Assembly (NCBI GenBank): GCA_016792585.1
Contig: JAEULB010000159.1
Location: 47,097 to 111,096 of the forward strand
Source of the DNA: Rhodospirillaceae bacterium
Lineage (GTDB): Bacteria; Pseudomonadota; Alphaproteobacteria; SHVZ01
Length of the DNA: 64,000 nucleotides
Reading direction: 5' to 3'
Shown here: piece by piece, positions 8,496-17,575 of the stretch
Position numbering within the stretch: the first letter of the stretch is position 1
Layout of the letters: every line of letters begins with the position of its first letter
Notes under the pieces: model-generated
Databases searched by the model: none
What the model saw: only the letters and a program-made list of their open reading frames with translations
Told to the model about the DNA's origin: nothing
Position numbers and translations under genes: made by a program

Positions 8496-9643
8496 TTGTT
8501 ATACGGATCGGCGGCGTCACGAAGCCCGTCGCCGAGGAAGTTGAGGGCAAGGACGGCGATCACCACCGCCGCCCCCGGCGCGAACAGCCAGGGCGCGGTC
8601 ACGATCGAGCGGATGTTCTGCGCCTCCCGCAGCAGCACGCCCCAGGAGATCACCGGCGGCTGCAGGCCGAGGCCAAGGAACGAAAGGGCCGTCTCGGCGA
8701 GGATCATCGCCGGGATCGCCAGCGTGACGCTGGCGACGATGTGGCTCATGAAGCTCGGCAGCATGTGGCGGAAGATGATGCGCATCTCGGACGCGCCGTC
8801 GAGGCGCGCCGCGGTCACGAAGTCCTCGGTGCGAAGCGAGAGGAAGCGGCCCCGGACGACGCGCGCGAGCTGGGCCCAGCCGATCAGCGAAAGGATCAGC
8901 GTGATCATGAAGTAGTGCAGCAGCGCCGGCCAGTTCTGCGGCAAGGCGGCGGCGAGCGCCAGCCAGATCGGGATCGTCGGCAGCGCCAGGATGAACTCGA
9001 TCACGCGCTGGATCACGAAATCGATCCGGCCGCCGTAATAGCCGGAGATGCCGCCGAGCAGGATGCCGATCAGCAGCGACATCGCCACGCCGACGAGGCC
9101 GATCGACATCGAGATCTGGCACCCCTTGACGATCCGGCTCCACACGTCGCGACCGAGGCGGTCGGAGCCCAGGAAGAAGATCTGCTGGCGCGGGTCCGTG
9201 CTGCCGATCAGATGGGTCTTCGAAGGGATCAGGCCGAAAAGGTGATAAGCGTAGCCCTCGGCGAAGAAGCGAAGGTCGATCCTCCGCGTCGGATCCTCGG
9301 TGTAGATCGGCGCCAGCGTGACCGGGTCGCGCTTCAGCACCATCTGCTTGACGTGCGGGCTGAAGACCGTGCTGCCGTCAGGCAGGGTCGCGAACAGGTG
9401 GAGAGGCTGCGGCGGATGGTAGACCGCACGCGCATTCTGCTGGCTCGGATCGGTGGTGGCGAAGAAATCCGGCACCGCCGCGACGATGTAGATCATCAGC
9501 GTGACGATGGCGCCGAGCATCGCCAGCTTGTGCTTGCGGAACGACCACCAGACCAGCTGCCACTGGGACGCGGTGGTGAAGCGCGAGGCGGCGGTCGGCG
9601 GGGTCGGCTGCTCCGGTGGCGCGGTCTCGGTCTTGGCGGTCAT
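8492..9643 (-). CDS. ABC transporter permease (DppC/OppC family)
   Basis: 383 aa, multi-TM. It carries the conserved permease segment ...AMILAETALSFLGLGLQPP.... Confidence 0.85.
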   Translation of the reverse strand: MTAKTETAPPEQPTPPTAASRFTTASQWQLVWWSFRKHKLAMLGAIVTLMIYIVAAVPDFFATTDPSQQNARAVYHPPQPLHLFATLPDGSTVFSPHVKQMVLKRDPVTLAPIYTEDPTRRIDLRFFAEGYAYHLFGLIPSKTHLIGSTDPRQQIFFLGSDRLGRDVWSRIVKGCQISMSIGLVGVAMSLLIGILLGGISGYYGGRIDFVIQRVIEFILALPTIPIWLALAAALPQNWPALLHYFMITLILSLIGWAQLARVVRGRFLSLRTEDFVTAARLDGASEMRIIFRHMLPSFMSHIVASVTLAIPAMILAETALSFLGLGLQPPVISWGVLLREAQNIRSIVTAPWLFAPGAAVVIAVLALNFLGDGLRDAADPYNK

Positions 9644-10629
9644 CAGTCGAACCGGATGCGCGGGTCGACCAGCGCCAGCAGGATGTCACTGAGCAGCGTG
9701 CCGACGAGGGTCAGCGTGCACATCAGCAGCACGAACGCGCCAGCGAGGTACATGTCCTGGCTCATCAGCGACTGCAGCAGCAGCGGTCCTGCGATCGGCA
9801 GGCTCAGCACCACGGCGACGATAAGCGCGCCGGAGATCAGGTTCGGCAGTAGCCAGCCGATGGTTGAGATGAACGGATTGATCGCGACCCTGACCGGATA
9901 CTTGAGCAGCAGACGGAACTCGGAAAGTCCCTTGGCGCGGGCGGTCGTGACGTAGGGTCGGTGCAGCTCGTCCAGCATGTTGGCGCGCATGATGCGGATC
10001 AGGCTGGCGGTGCCGTTGGTGGCAAGGATGACCACCGGCACCCACAGGTGCTCGACCAGGTTCTGAACCTTCCCCCAGCTCCAGGGCGCGGTCTGGTATT
10101 CCGGCGAGAACAGCCCACCGACATCGGCCCCGAACAGCACGACGGCGACGTACATCAGAACCAACGCCAGCAGGAAGGACGGAATCGCGAGCCCGAGGAA
10201 GCCGAGGAAGGTGAAGAAGTAGTCGCCGATCGAGTACTGGCGCACCGCCGAATAGACACCGATCGGGAACGCCAGCGCCCAGGTCATCAGCAGGGTCGAC
10301 GAGGTGACGACCAGGGTCAGCGCCATGCGCTCCCAGATCAGCTCGGAGACCGGCTGCTGCCACTCGAAGCTGAGGCCGAAATCGCCGCGCGTGACGATCC
10401 CGACGATCCACTTGAAGTATTGGACGATGAACGGCTGGTCGAGCCCGAAGCGCGTGCGCAGCTCGGCCGCCGCGGTGCGGTCGACGATCTCGTTCGAGGC
10501 CGCCAGGGTCGCAATGTAGGTGGTGACGTAGTCGCCGGGCGGAAGCTGGATCAGGACGAACGCAAGAAAGCTGACGGCGAACAGCGACGGAACCATCCAC
10601 AACAGACGCTTAATGATGAAGCCCAGCAT
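9643..10629 (-). CDS. ABC transporter permease (DppB/OppB family)
   Basis: The N-terminus is MLGFIIKRLLWMVPSLFAVSFLAFVLIQLPPGDYV. It is 328 aa, and its stop abuts the start of the next permease. Confidence 0.85.
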   Translation of the reverse strand: MLGFIIKRLLWMVPSLFAVSFLAFVLIQLPPGDYVTTYIATLAASNEIVDRTAAAELRTRFGLDQPFIVQYFKWIVGIVTRGDFGLSFEWQQPVSELIWERMALTLVVTSSTLLMTWALAFPIGVYSAVRQYSIGDYFFTFLGFLGLAIPSFLLALVLMYVAVVLFGADVGGLFSPEYQTAPWSWGKVQNLVEHLWVPVVILATNGTASLIRIMRANMLDELHRPYVTTARAKGLSEFRLLLKYPVRVAINPFISTIGWLLPNLISGALIVAVVLSLPIAGPLLLQSLMSQDMYLAGAFVLLMCTLTLVGTLLSDILLALVDPRIRFD

Positions 10630-10683
10630 CTAGGTGAAGTCCGGCGCGCCCCTCCCCGTCGGAACGGCGCGCCGGCAAGTCCT

Positions 10684-12642
10684 TTAGCTCGTGAAGAAGT
10701 ACTGCTGCGGCATCGACGGACCGGGATTCGGCCACGACCAGGCGCCGGGCATCTTGGCCGGAACGTTGCGGAGCCGGTTGTTGGCGATGCCGAACAGGTT
10801 CGGCGCGAGGCAGATGCCGATCGCATCGAAGGCGTCGGCGGCGAGATCGAGGATCTCCTTCATCAGCTCGCCCTGGCGCTTGACGTCGGAGATCGAACGC
10901 GCCTCGTCATAGAGCTTGGTGCGTCGCTTATGGTTCTCCGGCGGCTCGGCGCCTTCCTTGCCGTTGCTCGAGTACCAGACCGCCCACGGAATCGCGTAGC
11001 GCGAACCCTGCGGATGGATCGGCACCCAGTCGCGGGCGTCGATCAGCGGCTCGAGGCCGCCCGGCCCCTGCCAGACCGCGAAGTCGTGGTCGTTGTTGTC
11101 GCCGCGCGTGTAGTAGAGCGCGCGCTCGATCGTGTTGACCTTCATATCGACGCCGACCGCCGCCCAATGACGCTTGCACAGCTCGAGCGCGTCGACCTGG
11201 TCGGGATAGAGGGTCGGGATCACGTCGACGGCGAAGAACAGCTTCTGGCCGTCCGGGCGCAGTCGGAAGTTCTGGCCGTCGCGCTTCGAGAACCCGAGCT
11301 TGTCGAGCATCTCGTTCGACTTCTTAGGATCGAACTCGGTGTACTGGCGTGCGAACTTCGCATGATACCAGGGATGCGTCGGACGCGGCCCGAACTGCCA
11401 CGGCTCCGACTGCCCGAGATAGACGATGTCGATGATCTCCTGGCGGTTGATCGCGTGGGAGAGCGCGATGCGGAAGTCCTTGTTGGCGAAGATCGCCCTG
11501 AGCGCCGGGTCCTTGTGGGTGGCGTTGGGGTAGATCGACATCTGCTGGCTGTTGGCGTTGATCGTCTCGAACAGGCGGTAGTTCCCGCGCTGTGCCGACT
11601 GCGCCACCGTCGGCTTGTTCTGGAGCGTGTCGATGTGGCGCTCCTGGATGTCGATCTTGCCCGACACCACGTCGAGCATCAGCGACTCGACGTCCTGGGC
11701 GATGCTGAAGGTGATTCCGTCGACGTAGGGCAGCTGGTTGCCCTCGGTATCGACCTGCCAGAAATACGGATTCCGCTTCAGAACGACGCGGGTGGCGCCT
11801 CCGGTATAGGGCTCGGCGATGGTCCACGGATCGAGCGTCGGCTTCTCGGTGTTGCCCCAGCGCGAGGGGATCTCGATGTCGCCGCAGCGGAGCCGAAACA
11901 GGGCGCCCCAGTCCGGCACGTTCGCGGCCTTGGCGAGGTCGGCGACGTTGTTCGCATACTTCGGATGGAATTTCGAGCAGTAGTGCTTCGGGAAAAGCGT
12001 CGGATGCTGTCCCAACGGCGTCGCCATCTGCTGAAGGAACATGCCGTAGGGGCCGTCGAAGGTGAACTTGACGGTGACATCATCGACCTTCGAGACCTTG
12101 CACATCTTGCCGTTGATCGTCCAAAGCGCCGGCGGCGACTTGTAGAGCTCGGTGTTGGCGAGGCAGTCCTCGAACACGAAGACGATGTCGTCGGCGGTGA
12201 ACGGATGGCCGTCCGACCACTTCATGCCCGGGCGCAGATGGAAGGTGAACTCGTTGTTGCCGGCGTTCACGTCCCACTTGTGCGCGACGCCCGGCAGCAC
12301 GTCGGTGAACTCGAGGTTCCAGCGGGTCAGGCCCTGGTTGCCGACCATGCGCAGGATGCCGTTGTGGTCGGCCGAGCCGCGGAGCCCGCGGCGGATCTGG
12401 CCGCCGTAACGGCCGACGCGCTCGACCGGCTGAACCACCAGCGGGATCTTCGGCAGGCGCTCGGCGAGCGGCGGCAGCTTCTTGTCGGCGACCGCCTGAA
12501 CGAACTCCGGCGCTTCCTTGGCGGCGCCCTGAGCCAAGGCGCTCCACGACACCAGGCTGGTCGCTGCCATGCCGCCGGCGCCGGCCATCAGTTGGCGGCG
12601 AGTCAGCTTCAAGCCGCCGGAATTGTTGCGTTTGCGTGCCAT
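10684..12642 (-). CDS. ABC transporter substrate-binding protein, family 5 (peptide/nickel type), with a TAT/Sec signal
   Basis: The true start is the internal Met, MARKRNNSGGLKLTRRQLMAGAGGMAATSLVSWSALAQG, which contains a twin-Arg motif and is preceded by GGAGGAAACC. The long 915-aa track ORF is an open-frame artefact that extends over the uxuA-like gene. Confidence 0.8.
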   Translation of the reverse strand: MARKRNNSGGLKLTRRQLMAGAGGMAATSLVSWSALAQGAAKEAPEFVQAVADKKLPPLAERLPKIPLVVQPVERVGRYGGQIRRGLRGSADHNGILRMVGNQGLTRWNLEFTDVLPGVAHKWDVNAGNNEFTFHLRPGMKWSDGHPFTADDIVFVFEDCLANTELYKSPPALWTINGKMCKVSKVDDVTVKFTFDGPYGMFLQQMATPLGQHPTLFPKHYCSKFHPKYANNVADLAKAANVPDWGALFRLRCGDIEIPSRWGNTEKPTLDPWTIAEPYTGGATRVVLKRNPYFWQVDTEGNQLPYVDGITFSIAQDVESLMLDVVSGKIDIQERHIDTLQNKPTVAQSAQRGNYRLFETINANSQQMSIYPNATHKDPALRAIFANKDFRIALSHAINRQEIIDIVYLGQSEPWQFGPRPTHPWYHAKFARQYTEFDPKKSNEMLDKLGFSKRDGQNFRLRPDGQKLFFAVDVIPTLYPDQVDALELCKRHWAAVGVDMKVNTIERALYYTRGDNNDHDFAVWQGPGGLEPLIDARDWVPIHPQGSRYAIPWAVWYSSNGKEGAEPPENHKRRTKLYDEARSISDVKRQGELMKEILDLAADAFDAIGICLAPNLFGIANNRLRNVPAKMPGAWSWPNPGPSMPQQYFFTS

Positions 12643-12713
12643 GGTTTCCTCCGTTTCGCTGCGCCGCTTAAGCGCGTGTTTAAGGCCAGAATGAAGGTTG
12701 CTCAGTCGATCTG

Positions 12714-13718
12714 TCAAACCGCCCGTTTCCCGGTGTCGAGGGTCTGCAGCAATGCCGCGATGTAGCCGTAGCAATAGGCGAAGGCCACGCCCTGCGGGTC
12801 CTTGCCGTCGATGATCGGCACGTGGTCCGGCATGATCATGTACTTGTAGCCGACGTCCCGGTAGAGGCGCAGCGCCGCCGGCATGTCCATGTCGCCTTCG
12901 TCGGGGAAGGTCTCCATGAAGTCGAGCTTGCGCCCGCGGATGTTGCGGAAGTGCACGTTGAAGATCTTGCCGCGGCTGCCGAACCACTCGATCACCGCGC
13001 CGACCTCCTTCGCCGGGTCGTCGAGCATCTCGCCGATCGTGCCCTGGCAGAAGTTGAGGCCGTGATAGGGGCTTTCCTCGGTCTCGACGAAGCGCTTCAG
13101 GCCCTCGACCGTGCCGAGCACGCGCGTCACACCCTTCCAGCCGGGCGGCGTGTAGGGATCGTGCGGGTGGCAAGCAAGCCGGACCTTGTTGGCCGTCGCG
13201 ACCGGCACCACGCGCTTGAGGAAATACTCGATCCGCGCCCAGTTCTCCTCCGGGTCGACGACGCCGGCGATGCCGGGCTTCGCATCCTGGTCGGCCTCGG
13301 ACCAGCGGAAGGACTCGTTGCGCGAGCCGCCCCGGCCGATCGAGTGCTTCGTGCGCGGGATGCCGATGATGTTGAGATTGTACTTGGCCGCCGGAATGCC
13401 GGCCTTGGCCAATCGCTCGATCAGCGCGCAAATTGAATCGATCTGGCGGTCGCGGTCGGGGCCGGCCGTCAGCACGTCCGGGCTCTCCTGCTCCTCGATC
13501 GGCCGCGAGTTCATCGGCAGCTGAACCATGTCGAGGACGAGGCCGAAGCTTTCGACCGTCTCGCGATGGCGATTCAGGACGTCGAGCGACCAGTGATGCG
13601 GGTTGCCGTCGGGATCGGCGCAGACATGGCGCACGCCGAGCTGAGCCCAGACACGATAGTCGCTGTCGTCGCGGGCCTTGACCTGGGTCCCGAGATACAC
13701 CGCCCCTCCCCGATGCAT
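12714..13718 (-). CDS. uxuA: Mannonate dehydratase (UxuA)-like protein
   Basis: 334 aa from the internal Met MHRGG.... Three segments resemble E. coli UxuA. VATANKVRLACHPHDPYTPPG resembles VAEEVGVRMAVHPDDPPRP. IFNVHFRNIRG resembles IYFTHLRST. YKYMIMPDHVP resembles LIPMRPDHGH. The 557-aa track ORF is a GC-driven upstream extension. Confidence 0.65.
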   Translation of the reverse strand: MHRGGAVYLGTQVKARDDSDYRVWAQLGVRHVCADPDGNPHHWSLDVLNRHRETVESFGLVLDMVQLPMNSRPIEEQESPDVLTAGPDRDRQIDSICALIERLAKAGIPAAKYNLNIIGIPRTKHSIGRGGSRNESFRWSEADQDAKPGIAGVVDPEENWARIEYFLKRVVPVATANKVRLACHPHDPYTPPGWKGVTRVLGTVEGLKRFVETEESPYHGLNFCQGTIGEMLDDPAKEVGAVIEWFGSRGKIFNVHFRNIRGRKLDFMETFPDEGDMDMPAALRLYRDVGYKYMIMPDHVPIIDGKDPQGVAFAYCYGYIAALLQTLDTGKRAV

Positions 13719-13758
13719 TGAGGCTTCTTCGTTGCTTGTAGGATAACCGGACAGGCGC

Positions 13759-13798
13759 CTTCGAGGCAGCCCCAGACTTTCGGACGGGGGCCTCGAAG
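13759..13798. promoter_or_regulatory. Inverted repeat CTTCGAGGC-N22-GCCTCGAAG in the uxuA/HAD divergent region, with an extended CCCC/GGGG inner stem
   Basis: The 9-bp arms are exact reverse complements. An A-tract follows, and then the AAGGAG RBS of the HAD gene. Confidence 0.4.
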
Positions 13799-13844
13799 AC
13801 TGCACAAAAAAGAGGCTACGATCCGCGCCAGCGAAGGAGATGCC

Positions 13845-14549
13845 ATGAACGTGGATGCGTTGGTCTTCGATGTCTTCGGCACCTGCGTCGACTGGCGCGG
13901 CTCGATCGTTCGCGAGGCTCGGCGCTGGAGCCGCGACCTCGGCCGCACGATCGACGGCGAAGGCCTCGCCGATGCCTGGCGCGCGGCCTATGGGCCGTCG
14001 ATGGAGGAAGTGAAGTCGGGCCGCCGCCCCTTCACCTATCTCGATACCCTCCATCGCGAGACCCTGGATCGCATCGCCGGCCGCTTCGGCCTCGGCGGGC
14101 TCGAGGAGAAGACGCTCGCTCACATCAATCGCGTCTGGCACCGGCTCGACCCGTGGCCGGACACGGTGCCGGGCCTGCGTCGTCTTCGCGCGAAGTTCCT
14201 GCTGGCCCCGCTCTCGAACGGCGGCGTGGCGCTGCTGACCAGAATGGCGAAGCGCGCCGCCATGCCCTGGGACCTGATCCTCTCCGGCGAGCTGTTCGAG
14301 GGCTACAAGCCGGAGCCCAAGGTCTATCTCGGCGCCGCGCGCCTGCTCGACCTTCCGCCCGAGCGCGTGATGATGGTCGCCGCCCACAACGGCGACCTCG
14401 AAGCGGCTGCGGCGCTGGGCCTCAAGACGGCCTTCGTGCTGCGCCCGACCGAGTACGGCCCGGCGCAGACGACCGATCTCGCGCCGTCGCGGACATGGGA
14501 CTGCTCCGTCGACAGCATGGAAGCGCTCGCCGACGCGCTCGGCTGCTAG
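13845..14549 (+). CDS. HAD-superfamily hydrolase of the haloacid dehalogenase type II class
   Basis: The N-terminus is LVFDVFGTCVDW, the catalytic Asp motif of L-2-haloacid dehalogenase-like HAD enzymes. There is an AAGGAG Shine-Dalgarno 6 nt upstream. Confidence 0.75.
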   Translation: MNVDALVFDVFGTCVDWRGSIVREARRWSRDLGRTIDGEGLADAWRAAYGPSMEEVKSGRRPFTYLDTLHRETLDRIAGRFGLGGLEEKTLAHINRVWHRLDPWPDTVPGLRRLRAKFLLAPLSNGGVALLTRMAKRAAMPWDLILSGELFEGYKPEPKVYLGAARLLDLPPERVMMVAAHNGDLEAAAALGLKTAFVLRPTEYGPAQTTDLAPSRTWDCSVDSMEALADALGC

Positions 14550-15103
14550 AGACCGAACGGCTCCAGCGCGCGCATGACGGCGTGGTCGACGACGTCGTCG
14601 ATCGTCTTCGGCTTGAGATGGAAGGCCGGCACCGGCGGCATCACCGTGGCGCCGTAGGAGACCGCCCGCTCCATGAGCTCGATGTGGCCCAAGTGCAGCG
14701 GCGTCTCGCGCAGCAGCAGCACGAGGCGCCGGCGCTCCTTCAGGCAGACATCGGCGGCACGGACGACCAGGTTCTCGTCATAGGAATTGGCGATCCCGCT
14801 CAGGGTGCGGATCGAGCAAGGCGCCACCAGCATCCCCTCGGTGCGGAACGAGCCGCTCGCCATCGAGGCGCCGATGTCCTTGTAGCTGTGGACCTGGGAG
14901 GCGAGCCGGCGCACCTGCAGGGCCGTGCGGTCCGTCTCTTCTTCTATGGTCCGGAGCGCCGAGGGCGACAGGATCAGATGGGTCTCGACCGCCTTTTCCC
15001 TAAGCCGCTCCAGTGCCCTGATGCCGAAGATCGCCCCGGAGGCGCCGGTGATCGCGACGATCAGGCGCTTCGGCTGGGCCTTGGGGGCGGGTTTCCGGGG
15101 CAC
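14546..15103 (-). CDS. ubiX: UbiX/Pad1 flavin prenyltransferase
   Basis: 185 aa. The motif LIVAITGASGAIFGIRALERL is a close match to the family throughout. Confidence 0.8.
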   Translation of the reverse strand: MPRKPAPKAQPKRLIVAITGASGAIFGIRALERLREKAVETHLILSPSALRTIEEETDRTALQVRRLASQVHSYKDIGASMASGSFRTEGMLVAPCSIRTLSGIANSYDENLVVRAADVCLKERRRLVLLLRETPLHLGHIELMERAVSYGATVMPPVPAFHLKPKTIDDVVDHAVMRALEPFGL

Positions 15104-15167
15104 AGGCTCACATGACCCAAGGGGCGCCTGGGACGCAATGGGGTTACTGACATCCCAGATTCGCTAA

Positions 15168-15184
15168 TTGACATTTCAATGTCG
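15168..15184. promoter_or_regulatory. TTGACA -35-like hexamer overlapping an inverted repeat GACATT-N2-AATGTC; candidate GntR autoregulatory operator
   Basis: The 6-bp arms are exact reverse complements. The site lies 45 bp upstream of the GntR start, and a second TGACAT lies 21 bp upstream. No clean -10 element was found. Confidence 0.4.
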
Positions 15185-15228
15185 CCATACTGGAATTCCG
15201 GCCCCGCCTCGTCCCAACGGCCCTTCGC

Positions 15229-15957
15229 ATGCTCGATATCTCTCGCACCCTTCCCGCCGACAGCGAGACGCGCCAGAGCGACATCGCCTTCGAGATGGTG
15301 AAGGCCGATATCGTCGCCTGCCGGCTGGCTCCGGGCACGAGCGTGACCGAAGCCGAGCTCGCCGAGCGTTATCAGCTGGGCAAGGCGCCGATCCGGATGG
15401 CTCTGACCCGGCTCGCCGACCGCGACTGGCTGCGCGCGCTTCCCCGGCGCGGCTATCTGGTGAAGCCGGTCGCGATGCGCGACGTCACCGAGATCTTCGA
15501 TCTTCGCCTGATCATCGAGCCGGCCGCGGCGCGCGCCGCCGCCGGCCGCGTCGAGGTCAGCCGCCTCGAGCATCTGGACGCCGTCTGCCGTGCCGGCTTC
15601 GTGCCGGGCGACGCCGCCAGCGAAGCGACCTACCTTCAGGCGCACCGTCAGTTCCACTTCGCGATCGTGCTGGCAGCCGGCAATCGGCGCCTCGGCCGCA
15701 GCTTCGAGCCGCTGTGGGACGAGACCGAGCGCGTGCTGCACCACACCGGCCTGCTTCGCCGTGACGCCGAGCCGCTTCGCCACGACCACAAGCCGCTGAT
15801 CGAGGCGCTCCGCGCCGGCGACGGCGCCGCCGCCGAATCCGAGATGCGCGAGGAGGTCCAGCACCTCAGCCGCGCGATCATGGAGACCGCGCTCAAGACC
15901 GCGATCCTCCCTGCCCCGTCCGCCGAGACGGAGCGGGCCGAGGACGCGCGCTGGTGA
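15229..15957 (+). CDS. GntR-family transcriptional regulator (FadR/FCD subfamily)
   Basis: There is an N-terminal winged-helix domain (AELAERYQLGKAPIRMALTRLADRDWL) and a C-terminal FCD-type all-helical domain. Confidence 0.85.
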   Translation: MLDISRTLPADSETRQSDIAFEMVKADIVACRLAPGTSVTEAELAERYQLGKAPIRMALTRLADRDWLRALPRRGYLVKPVAMRDVTEIFDLRLIIEPAAARAAAGRVEVSRLEHLDAVCRAGFVPGDAASEATYLQAHRQFHFAIVLAAGNRRLGRSFEPLWDETERVLHHTGLLRRDAEPLRHDHKPLIEALRAGDGAAAESEMREEVQHLSRAIMETALKTAILPAPSAETERAEDARW

Positions 15958-16009
15958 CTACCTGCGCCGGCAGGGGGCCGGCACGTCGTTCCAACCTGGG
16001 AGGCTCAAC

Positions 16010-17509
16010 ATGAACCGATGGTCGATATGGCTCAGGACCGCCGCGCTCGCGACGGTGCTCGCCGCCGGACAAGCCTACGCCGCCAAGGATGTGCTGGTTA
16101 TCGATCTCGCCAGCGAGCCCGCCTCGCTCGACCCGCATGTCCAGTGGAACCCGGACAGCTACTGGGTCTACCGCAACATCTTCGACAACGTCGTGACGCG
16201 CGACGACGACGGCAAGATCATCCCGCAGGTCGCGACCTCGTGGAAAGCGATCGACGACAAGACGATCGAGTTCGCGCTCCGCAGCGACATCACGTTCCAT
16301 GACGGCACGGCGATGACCGCCGACGACGTCGCCTTCACCGTCAAGCGCATCACCGATCCCGCCTTCAAGAGCCCGCAGCTCGACCAGTTCAACAAGATCG
16401 TCGCGACCGAGGTGGTCAATCCGACGACGATCCGCTTCAGGACCGACAGCGTCTATCCGGTGCTCATGGCGCAGCTGACCAAGCTCAGCGTCGTGCCGAA
16501 GGCGCATGTCGAGAAGGTCGGCAACGAAGCCTTCAACCAGGGCCCGGTCGGCAGCGGCGCCTACAAGTTCCAGTCGATCCAGCGCGGCGTGAAGACGACA
16601 CTGGTGCGCAACGACGCCTATTGGGGCCAGAAGGGCGCCTTCCCGACGGTCGAGTTCCGGCCGGTGCCTGACCAGGCGACCCGCATGGCCGATCTCCGCT
16701 CCGGCAAGGCCGACCTGATCGTCACGATCAACGCCGACCACGCCAAGGAGCTGAAGGCCGATGCCAATACCAAGGTGCTGAGCGTGCTCAGCGAGCGCGT
16801 CGCCTACTTCATGCTGAACTCGCTGACCGGCCCGACCTCGGACCTCCGTGTCCGCCAGGCGATCTCGCACGCGATCGACCGCCAGGGCATCATCGACGGC
16901 CTGATGGGCGGCTACGACAAGCCGGTCGCGACCATGCTGTCGCCCGTCCATGTCGGCTTCTCCGACGGCTTCAAGGGCCCGGTCTACGACCCCAACAAGG
17001 CGAAGGAGCTCTTGAAGGCCGTCGGCGCCCCAGCGCAAGGCACCTTCACCCTCTTCACCTCGCCGGTCTTCGACCAGCGCATCGTCGTCGCGATCCAGCA
17101 GATGCTGCGCGACGTCGGGCTCAAGGTCGAGATCACCTCCAGCGACTTCGCCAACTGGCTGAAGCGCGCCCAGGCCTCGCCGCAGGAGTTCGGCGAGGTC
17201 ACCTTCAGCCGCTGGTCCTGCGGCTGCCAGGACGCCGACGGCATCCTCTTCCCGCTCTACCACTCGAAGAGCCAGTGGGCGAAGTCGAACAACCCGGCGA
17301 TGGACGCCGAGCTCGATGCCGGCCGCTCAACCCTCGACGTGGCGAAGCGCACCCAGCACTACAAGAAGGCGAACGAGCTCGCCGAGGCGACCGTCCCGCT
17401 GGTGCCGCTCTACCAGGCCGCCATCCTCTACGGCGCCCGCAAGGAGCTGCGCTGGAAGCCGACGCCGAACGAGAGCTTCTTCATCAACCGCATCGGCTGG
17501 GACGGCTGA
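16010..17509 (+). CDS. ABC transporter substrate-binding protein, family 5; orphan, with no adjacent permeases
   Basis: The signal peptide is MNRWSIWLRTAALATVLAAGQAYA. The RBS is GGGAGG. The fold matches the family. Confidence 0.8.
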   Translation: MNRWSIWLRTAALATVLAAGQAYAAKDVLVIDLASEPASLDPHVQWNPDSYWVYRNIFDNVVTRDDDGKIIPQVATSWKAIDDKTIEFALRSDITFHDGTAMTADDVAFTVKRITDPAFKSPQLDQFNKIVATEVVNPTTIRFRTDSVYPVLMAQLTKLSVVPKAHVEKVGNEAFNQGPVGSGAYKFQSIQRGVKTTLVRNDAYWGQKGAFPTVEFRPVPDQATRMADLRSGKADLIVTINADHAKELKADANTKVLSVLSERVAYFMLNSLTGPTSDLRVRQAISHAIDRQGIIDGLMGGYDKPVATMLSPVHVGFSDGFKGPVYDPNKAKELLKAVGAPAQGTFTLFTSPVFDQRIVVAIQQMLRDVGLKVEITSSDFANWLKRAQASPQEFGEVTFSRWSCGCQDADGILFPLYHSKSQWAKSNNPAMDAELDAGRSTLDVAKRTQHYKKANELAEATVPLVPLYQAAILYGARKELRWKPTPNESFFINRIGWDG

Positions 17510-17522
17510 TCGGTCTATGATC

Positions 17523-17562
17523 GGGCGAGGGCGCCGTCGGGTGCCCTCGCCCTTTTCCTTTT
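17523..17562 (+). terminator. Rho-independent terminator: GGGCGAGGGC, 10-nt loop, GCCCTCGCCC, then TTTTCCTTTTCC
   Basis: A perfect 10-bp GC stem followed by a T-tract lies 14 nt after the substrate-binding protein stop. Confidence 0.7.
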
Positions 17563-17575
17563 CCGGGAATCCCAC

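Noticed and set aside
12643-13431. Upstream 263-codon extension of the substrate-binding protein ORF (track 10684-13431, 915 aa).
   Set aside because: The extension is low-complexity and overlaps the uxuA-like gene in another frame. A GGAGGA Shine-Dalgarno and a twin-Arg signal peptide mark the real start at 12642.
13719-14387. Upstream extension of the uxuA-like ORF (track 12714-14387, 557 aa).
   Set aside because: The sequence upstream of MHRGG is Arg/Ala-rich filler that overlaps the HAD gene on the other strand. Homology to UxuA begins near the internal Met.
15168-15200. Full sigma70 promoter call for the GntR gene.
   Set aside because: The -35 hexamer TTGACA is perfect, but no acceptable -10 hexamer sits at 16-19 bp spacing. 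The best candidate is CATACT at 13 bp. Only the -35/operator element is reported.
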